NCBI GenBank assembly: GCA_951406725.2
Contig: OX597816.1
Span: 175,894,001-175,958,000 of the forward strand
From: Octopus vulgaris
Taxonomy: Eukaryota
Direction of reading: 5' to 3'
DNA length: 64,000 nucleotides
A model generated the notes under the pieces. That model saw only the letters and a program-made list of their open reading frames with translations, made no database searches and was not told the DNA's origin. The position numbers were made by a program, and so were the translations under genes. This document shows positions 56,160-64,000 of this stretch, in pieces. Every line of letters starts with the position of its first letter. Within the stretch, counting starts at the first letter, position 1.

Positions 56160-56620
56160 ACTATCCCATCTTCTCAAATGTCTGCCCCTGTGACTTGTTA
56201 ATAGTCACGGCATATGACAAACGGACAGAAAACTGGGTTCTCTCCAAAGTTAGGGTTGCTTGGAACCAGCTTTATTCCGGGGACAAGGACACATTTACCA
56301 ACTAGTGAGCTGCTAATCAAGGAAGCCTCGATTGCATGTTGATCCATGGCTACCACTTCCAGTCTTGTACTACTGACCCAGGTTTCAAACTCAATTTATG
56401 AGGAGGCATTCCTGATGGTGTCAAAGAGTTTAGAAATTCAGTGGATAGCGCTCAGCCTCAGCAGGACCATCTGCCAAAACTTTATCTGTACTATAATAGG
56501 TGCGGCAGTCACCTGGAAGTTGTCTGAAAACTTCTTCATTGATCAGGAGGCAGTCCGAGTTCTTTGGCGAAAGAATTACTCTGCTTCTTCTCATGTATTG
56601 TTGAAGAGATCATCCACTGC
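56160..56620 (-). mobile_element. Helitron Pif1-helicase C-terminal fragment
   Basis: EFLNSLTPSGMPPHKLSLKPG, PRIKL and LSYAVTINKSQGQTFEKMG motifs. Confidence 0.85.
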
Positions 56621-58123
56621 GCACCCACGAAAAAAAAAAAAAAAACCTCCACATTTTGAGTAACATTTTATTTCAATTTCAAAATTTGGTTTATTTAATT
56701 ATTTTATTAGATAGACATATTTGTCTGAGGCAGATTACATTTGAATGACATTTGATTTCAATTTCAAAGTTTGTTTCATTAGATATATGGATAAAAATCC
56801 CATCCCCGATTTACAGTTTACACATATCTATACATGTATGTATAAATGCACACACAGACTTTCTATCACCACTCTTTCCCTCTCCCTCTCACTACCTCTT
56901 TGTCTCTCTTCTGTATCGAAATGTAAAAGTAACATCAAAAATTTACTGTGGTTATTTCTCTTTGATTTAACAATCTGTTGATATATTCATCTATCTACTT
57001 GTGTTCCGTACAGACATGTGTCTATTTATCTATAAGCACACAGAATGTCATGCATTCACACACCATCACCACTCTCTCTCTCTCTGTCTCTTTCTCTCTC
57101 ACTACCTCTGTTCCTTCTCTTATATATTATATGAAGAGTGTAACAGATGAACTAACTAAGGAAGGAACAAGCAGAATCATAATATGATTCAATATTAACT
57201 TTATTTAATTTATCTAAAATAAAGTCATTTTATTAAATTTGTATCCTCATTTTTTAAAAAATTATTTAAAAAATTCTTTAAATATATTCATTTGTAACAT
57301 TGTCTCTGTACAGTACAGAAATTATATTAATACGAATGAAGAATGTTAAAGGCAAATATTGGTAAAGGTTTTGTAAAATTTTATCCGTAAGAAAAAAAGA
57401 TACTTAATTTCAATTCTCAAATTTTTATAAATTTTTGCGTGATATTAAAGGGACACTGCTCATGTATGGACTAATTAATTTTATATAGTAAATAGAATAT
57501 GATTATTTGTGGCTTGGTCTGTATGAGGGGTACTGAAATCTGTAGTAAGGCTGCTCTCTCTCGCTTCGATTTACCACCTGTTACACCAACACTTCCCCCC
57601 TTAAACCTAACTATATAAACTAGTGCAAGCCTTGTATTTTCCCCGACTCGATTTTTCAATTCCTCTGCCGATAGAACACGGATCTCAGAAGATGCCGAGA
57701 TAAGGAAAATTTGGACTCCTCAACCTCGTTCCTGTTCTCCATGTTTAATGCGTAGATCGTAACCCTAATGCACCCCCCCCCCATTCGTTCTCTATTATTA
57801 TTATTATATAATCTATCTATTTCTTTATCATGTAAACATAGTAGCGATAGCTTCGTCTTCCTGTTTGTCTTAAGATCATGCATATCTGTTAATCGCAATG
57901 TTTCACTTATTTATCCTTCCTAACCAAGGTTATCATTTCGTTCATTCATTCTCTCTAACCATAGTATACAAGGGCAGAAGACGATGCTTTAGTCTAAACT
58001 TGCTGGTTCGCAGTACACCCTCCCTCCACCCCCTCCATATTAACCGGAAGTCCCTAACCTATATCTTCCTCGTTTTCCTCCCGCGAACACTTCTAAGGGC
58101 CAAATGTCCCCCCACCCCTATGT

Positions 58124-59147
58124 AGGGTCTATTTGATCATATAGCGCATGAAAATGGTGTATTGTCCATAGGTTGTAGTCTAGTGTTTCTTATGAGTTCT
58201 GCCAAAAGCGAGCTTTCTTTTCAGGTACATGACACTGCTGTCCCTCATCCCAGGGTCTCACAGGCCCACACCTTCAGAGTTGGTACACTTAACGTTGGCA
58301 CACTGAAAGGTAAGTCTGGTGAGATTGTTGAGATGCTTGAGCGGAGACGTGTAGATTTGTGCTGCATCCAAGAAGTAAGGTGGAGAGGAGGTTCCTCACA
58401 GGCAAAGAACACAGGTACAAGATTTTCTGGGCAGGGAACACTGATGGGGTCGGGGGCGTGGGTATACTTCTTGCGGAGAAATGGGTTGATAAGGTAATCG
58501 AGGTAGTCAGAGTATGTGACAGAGTACTTAAGATTAGATTAGTGCTTCACCATAGGTCAGCTACCATTATCTCGGCCTATGCCCCCTCATCTGGGGCTAC
58601 TGGAGGGGCAGAAAGACCGATTCTATGACATCCTATTGCAGATTACTTTGTCGACGAATGACAGAGACCTTCTTTTTGTGGCTGGTGATTTCAATGGACA
58701 TGTTGGACAACGTGCAGGGGGGCTTCCATGGAATACATGGAAGCTATGGTTTTGGTTCCTGCAATGAGGAGGGAACCAGACTGCTGGAGTTCTGCAATGC
58801 AAATGATCTTATGGTTTGCAATACTAACTTCAGGAAACCCGCCCGTCACCTAGTCACCTAATGATCTGGCAGACACACCAGCCAAATTGACTATATCCTC
58901 GCCAGAAAAAGGGAAAGAGGGCTGCTTATAAATGCCAAAACCTTCCCAGGCGAAGAATGTACCCCACAACACTGGTAGTTAGTGACTTCAGGATCAGGGT
59001 TAAATGGATGCCCAGAAGACAACCCGCAAGGAGAAGATGGGTCTGGAGACTTAAAGATCCTGCAAACGGACAGAGATTTAGAGATATATTACTCGGAGCC
59101 TTTGACGAAATAGAAGGTGATATAGCTTCATATGGTATAGAAGACAA
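58124..59147 (+). mobile_element. RTE LINE 5' part (APE endonuclease), frameshifted
   Basis: VGTLNVGTLKGK, CIQEVRW, ISAYAP, AGDFNGHVG, SQIDYIL. Confidence 0.88.
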
Positions 59148-59155
59148 CAAATGTA

Positions 59156-59581
59156 GGCAATCTTTCGTCTCTAGTAGACCTTTCCGTCGATTTCCGTAAA
59201 AAAATTTTTTTTTTACATATGGGCTTGCGGGAACTTTTGAAGTAATGAGAGCGAAAGAGACTAAGAGAAAAGCGATTGTATGACGAGGGAAGTTCTTTTG
59301 AAGTTACCGTGCATGTGAAGCATTGATGTACATGTGTATGTGTGTGTGTGTGTTTGGTGGGGTGTGGGAGACAGACAGTATGTTGTGTAAGTGAAGTGCT
59401 TCTGTTAGTGTGTGTGAAGAGACAGAGTAATGTGTGAAAGAAAGAGATAACTGAAATTTTTTACTCGGTGTATGTGTATATGTATGTATATTACTTCAAA
59501 AGTTCCCGCAAGCCCATAAGTAAAAAAAAAAATTTTTTTACGGAAATCGACGGAAAGGTCTACTAGGGACGAAAGATCGCC
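59156..59581. mobile_element. MITE with ~90 bp TIRs and an 8 bp TSD (Merlin-type)
   Basis: GGC(A/G)ATCTTTCGTC...GACGAAAGATCGCC termini; CAAATGTA duplicated at 59148-59155 and 59582-59589. Confidence 0.85.
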
Positions 59582-59899
59582 CAAATGTATTTATTTATAA
59601 ACTTTAAACTGAACATCAATTGTTTTATAAACCTAACAGCGTGGTGGTACGTAAATAAACGGCGTAAATTAACGAAGTTGACGACTTTCACTTCTGACAG
59701 CTAAAAGCATGACAGTGCCGGTGCTTCTTATGGCTATGAATTGTTTGAACACTTATTTCTAGCAATACTGTTGCTGACTAGTGCCCTCAGTCACTTACTA
59801 AAGTATATATTTCTGCCTTTCGGTTGTAAAATTGCGAACAAGCCGTCCTTATTATTTATGTTCATATGTATGCTTATATGTATACACAAACAAACATTA

Positions 59900-60135
59900 C
59901 GTGGGCGAAAGTTGCTGGCAGACTCGTTAGCACGCCGGGCGAAATGTGTAGGCGTATTTCGTCTGTCGTTACGTTCTGAGTTCAAATTCCGCCGAGGTCG
60001 ACTTTGCCTTTCATCCTTTCGGGGTCGATTAAATAAGTACCAGTTACGCACTGGGGTCGATATAATAGACTTAATCCCTTTGTCTGTCCTTGTTTGTCCC
60101 CCCTATGTTTATTCCCCTGTGGGCAATAAAGAAAT
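59900..60135 (+). mobile_element. SINE family B
   Basis: tRNA-like head and GAGTTCAAATTCC B box. Confidence 0.85.
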
Positions 60136-60195
60136 AGTTACAGCTTCAATTCTGTGTATGTACAGACTAGATTGCTGACAATTGTTAATAGTTCT

Positions 60196-60942
60196 GGATC
60201 TTTTCGGTTTGAACGGCAGTTTTTTTCTAGCGGTGTCATATGAAATTGTCACCCATAATTATGACCCTAGTATCAATCTATTTGCATTTCAATGTTTTGT
60301 GGTTAGGGGTGGGGGAAGGGTATCTATTTTTCTTCGCAGGAGTGGCTGTGTGGTAAGTAGCTTGCTAACCAGCCACATGGTTCTGGGTTCAGTCCCACTG
60401 CGTGGCATCTTGGGCAAGAGTCTTCTACTATAGCCTCGGGCCGACCAAAGCCTTGTGAGTGGATTTGGTAGACGGAAACTGAAAGAAGCCCGTCGTATAT
60501 ATGTATATATATATGTGTGTTTGTCCCCCTAGCATTGCTCGACAACCGATGCTGGTGTGTTTACGTCGCCGTCAATTAGCGGTTCGGCAAAAGAGAACCG
60601 ATAGAGTAAGTACTGGGCTTACAAAGAATAAGTCCCGGGGTCGATCTGCTCGACTAAAGGCGGTGCTCCAGCATGGCCGCAGTCAAATGACTGAAACAAG
60701 TAAAAGAGTAAACCCAATCTGTTTCTTAAACGAGGGACATATTCATACTGCACAGAATGTTGTTTACCTCAATAGACGTAATTGATTGGTTGAAATTGCA
60801 GAAATAAAACAACAAATAACTTACAAACTATAGCCAAGAGAAAAAGATGTTTTATAAACATATTCTACCAGTATACGAAGTTTAAAATTTTTTAGTTACC
60901 TAGAAACTATGTTAAAAACTGCCGTTCAAACCGAAAAGATCC
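60196..60942. mobile_element. MITE with ~30 bp TIRs and a near-perfect 8 bp TSD, carrying a SINE A (60335-60710)
   Basis: GGATCTTTTCGGTTTGAACGGCAGTTTTT TIR; flanks ATAGTTCT and ATAGTTTT. Confidence 0.8.
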
Positions 60943-61246
60943 ATAGTTTTTTCCTGTGTGTTGATGTGCCATTTTCTATCATTAATAAAACACGGGTATG
61001 CTAGTAAATAAATAAGCATTAACATGCAGATATTTTGTTTCACACTTTCAGTATAAAAGCACATGTGAGGAATTGGACACATGAGTAGCACATCAAAAAT
61101 TAAAGTGAAAGTATTCCAAAATGACAAACGGACTTGGTGTTATATTTACAATAAACTTGTTATCGACCTTATTTATTGACAGTTAAAACATGTTTCATAA
61201 TGAATACTAAATGAGAAAGGAATGACTCATGTGTGTTTATTTTTAC

Positions 61247-61280
61247 CTGGAGGTAGAACGGGTCCGTACTGCCCAGACAT
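61247..61280 (-). CDS. GPALPP1: GPALPP motifs-containing protein 1, coding exon 1 (MSGQYGPVLPP-G)
   Basis: ATG at 61280, GPVLPP motif, GTAAAA donor. Phase 1 matches the acceptor at 55389. Confidence 0.85.
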
Positions 61281-61456
61281 TGGATACGTAAGTGTTGAAC
61301 GGATTCGGGAACAGCGCTTTATACAAGAATAGTTTGTAATGAGGCTTGTGATTGGTTGGTTATAAGTTCGTATGTTGGCCAATCATATCGCTTGTCTGTA
61401 ACACTCTTCAGTTCGGGTTGCGATTCAAAACACATGGCATCACAACTTGTGTAGTT
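61281..61456. promoter_or_regulatory. Compact bidirectional promoter/5' UTR region shared by GPALPP1 and PIN4
   Basis: 176 bp between divergent ATGs. Opposed CCAAT boxes: ATTGG at 61351-61355 and CCAAT at 61379-61383. Confidence 0.7.
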
Positions 61457-61561
61457 ATGCCGAAAAATAAAAGCACGAAAGGAGGCAAGGGTAAAGATAA
61501 CAGCGAAAAGCCTAAAGATGAAGGGAAGAAAAAGGATATCAAAGGAGGTACTTCTATAAAA
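61457..61561 (+). CDS. PIN4: Peptidyl-prolyl cis-trans isomerase PIN4 (parvulin-14), coding exon 1; remainder not seen in window
   Basis: MPKNKSTKGGKGKDNSEKPKDEGKKKDIKGGTSIK followed by a GTAAGT donor. Basic N-terminal tail ending KGG..IK just before the expected VRHILCEK. Confidence 0.8.
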
Positions 61562-61633
61562 GTAAGTAGAGTTTACATAGAGCTGACACCTTGCGTCAAT
61601 TATGATGGCTAATTGTTGTATTTTATATATAAA

Positions 61634-62116
61634 CTAGCAGTATCGCCCGGCATTGCTCGGGTTTGTAAGGGAAATAACTATATAAGCATTTTTAGAGAGT
61701 TATAGCAAAAAAATGCATTAAAAATGGAAAAAAAATTATGGTAAATTTGTTTTTAAACCGTTGACTCATCGTAGACATTTTCTGTTTTGGTGTCTTCAAG
61801 CCATGAAGTCGTTGTTCTAAAAGAACGCTGGTCTCCTTGACAACGCTTTACGACGTTGATTTCCTTACACTCCCTTCCCCACAGCTTCACGAGGGAGGGA
61901 AAAAAATATGCGTTAAAATGGAAAAATATTATGGTAAATTATTTTTAAAATTGTAGACTCATCGTAGACGCGCGCTAATACCCAGACGGGCTCGATATGA
62001 CTCACGACTATAAGATACCCGGTTTTGGTTAAACTGCACCGCAAAATGTGGGAGTAGTTAGGAATCTAAATCGAAGGGGACAGACACTCACACAACTACA
62101 GTTTTATATATATAGA
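61634..62116 (-). mobile_element. Non-autonomous Helitron in PIN4 intron 1
   Basis: Minus strand begins A|TCTATATATATAAAA and ends with a CCCG..CGGG hairpin plus CTAG|T. Confidence 0.65.
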
Positions 62117-62411
62117 TATAAATGAGGTACAAAACCGAGTGGTCGGTATAAAGTTTAAGACCAAATTTACGAAAGCAAAATGAAACCCAGTCTGCGAAGT
62201 GTAAAAAGGTGTCTACAAAACGAATATGAAAGAAATGTATGCAAACGAACGTGGGGGATGCGGAGAGGAATTTCGGAAAATTCACAAGATCCGATTTTTC
62301 CATCAACTTTCAGGAAAATGGATAAATATTGACGAAAGTTTATAGAAATATCGTTCAAATGGCAAAAATTACGATTATGAAGAAATTTCGACGGAGGTAA
62401 AGGCGTGGACC

Positions 62412-62482
62412 GTGTGTGTCTGTGTATATGTGTGTGTCTGTGTATATGTGTGTGTCTGTATATATGTGTGTGTCTGTGTATA

Positions 62483-62553
<71 letters not shown>

Positions 62554-62752
62554 GTGTATATATATATATGGGTGTATATATATATATGTGTATGTATATA
62601 TATGTGTATGTATATATATGTATGTATATATATGTATATGTATATATATATGTATATGTATATATATATGTATATGTATATATATATGTATATATATATA
62701 TATGTATGTGTATATATATATATATGCATGTATATATATATATATATGCATG

Positions 62753-62805
<53 letters not shown>

Positions 62806-62818
62806 ATATGTATGTATA
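62412..62818. repeat. (TG/TA)n compound microsatellite
   Basis: Visible directly in the sequence. Confidence 0.95.
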
Positions 62819-62924
62819 TTGTTGTATTTCGGAATGGTCATTTTGCCAGTTTAGCCAATAAAAACACACGCACTATATATTTGGTGTTACTTTGCTTCAG
62901 TGTTATTTATTTTTTACATTAATC

Positions 62925-64000
62925 TTAATCTTATTTCGGCCAGAGTTTTTTCGTCACACTCCTGTGACCGCATCAGTGGTCCTTTGCTTTCTTCTTTCTT
63001 ATTTGTGTCTCTCCTTACTAACCGTCTAATATGTGGCACTTGGTGAAGAATGGAGTTTGATATTGCTACCCTCATTTGCACCTCTTGCCGTGAGGTAGGT
63101 TCATCTGGGACTCTTGACAGGAAGATGTCCAGTTTTGATTTAAAAACCGCTACATCTACTTTGTGCAAGTTCCTCAGACTCTTTGGGAGAATTTAAAAAG
63201 CTGTGGGCCCTTGAAACCCAGGCTGTTGCAGAAGCTGGTCCTGAAGCATGATGGCATTGCTGGGATCTTTGGCACTATGCAGTGTCGTCCCGTTCTAGCA
63301 TTGGTGTAGCTTACAATGCCAAAATTTGGCACAATTCCTTCCAGGATCTTCCAGACATATATTACTGCATACCTCTCCCGTCTTCTCTCCAGGGAGTAGA
63401 GTCTTAGCTGTTTCAACCTTTCCCAGTAGCTGAGCTGTTGCAAAGAGACGATCTTCTTTGTGAATCTTCTCTGGATTGCTTCAAGGTCCGCTGTTAATTT
63501 TACACTGGTGGGTGACCATAGCTGTGAGCAGTAATCCAGGCAACTGAGGACGAATGTCCGCCAGAGGACCATCATGGTTTCCTTATTTCTGGTTCTGAAT
63601 GTTCTTAGGATCTACCCAGCCAGTCGTCTGCACTTTGTCGCCATCCTGGTAATGTGCACTTGGAAAGAGGTATCATCACTCATGTCGATACCCAGGTCCC
63701 TCACAGACTTAGGCTCTGGGATTGAAATTCCCTGTGGACCAGTGTATCCTGTAAGTTTAATATTCAGTTTTGGATGCTGGTAGCGCAGGGCCTGGAATTT
63801 TTCAGCATTAAACTCCTGCTGCTGGTGTGCAACATCGCTGGGGTTCTGTATTTTCTGCGAGACTTTCGTATCGTCTGCATAGCTGGCCATAGTGGCTATC
63901 CGAGCATTTGAGGGCATATCTGAGAGGGCCACTATAAAAAGCAGTGGTCCCAAGACAGTGCCCTGTGGAACACCGCTCACTATTTGTGTGTCCATAGAGG
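62925..64000 (-). mobile_element. CR1/L2-group LINE RT C-terminal part and 3' tail
   Basis: SGVPQGTVLGPLLF, YADDTK, VRDLGI, LDYCSQLWSP, YSLERRRERY. Confidence 0.9.

Overview
AT-rich, repeat-dense eukaryotic genomic DNA. The SINE/LINE/microsatellite landscape looks like a coleoid cephalopod, probably Octopus (inferred from repeat families, not verified). Three host genes are supported. (1) A complete six-exon GPALPP1 on the minus strand (61280->36570; 1212 nt CDS, 403 aa; all GT-AG junctions with consistent phases). (2) The first coding exon of PIN4/parvulin-14 on the plus strand, head-to-head with GPALPP1 with only 176 bp between the ATGs. (3) One isolated Scribble/LAP-type LRR exon (9186-9306, minus) near a 100-N assembly gap. 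The rest is decayed mobile DNA: Penelope-like elements, CR1/L2-, RTE-, Tx1/L1- and Dong/R4-type LINEs, mariner/Tc1, piggyBac, Merlin-type MITEs, Helitron pieces, at least three tRNA-derived SINE families, and simple repeats. The most interesting signal is a set of type I hammerhead ribozyme motifs inside GPALPP1 introns. Two have intact cores, palindromic stem III and unusually long stem II extensions, and one of these is in the sense orientation of the pre-mRNA. Most ORF-track entries are repeat or microsatellite artefacts. Family assignments come from motif recognition only; no database searches were run.
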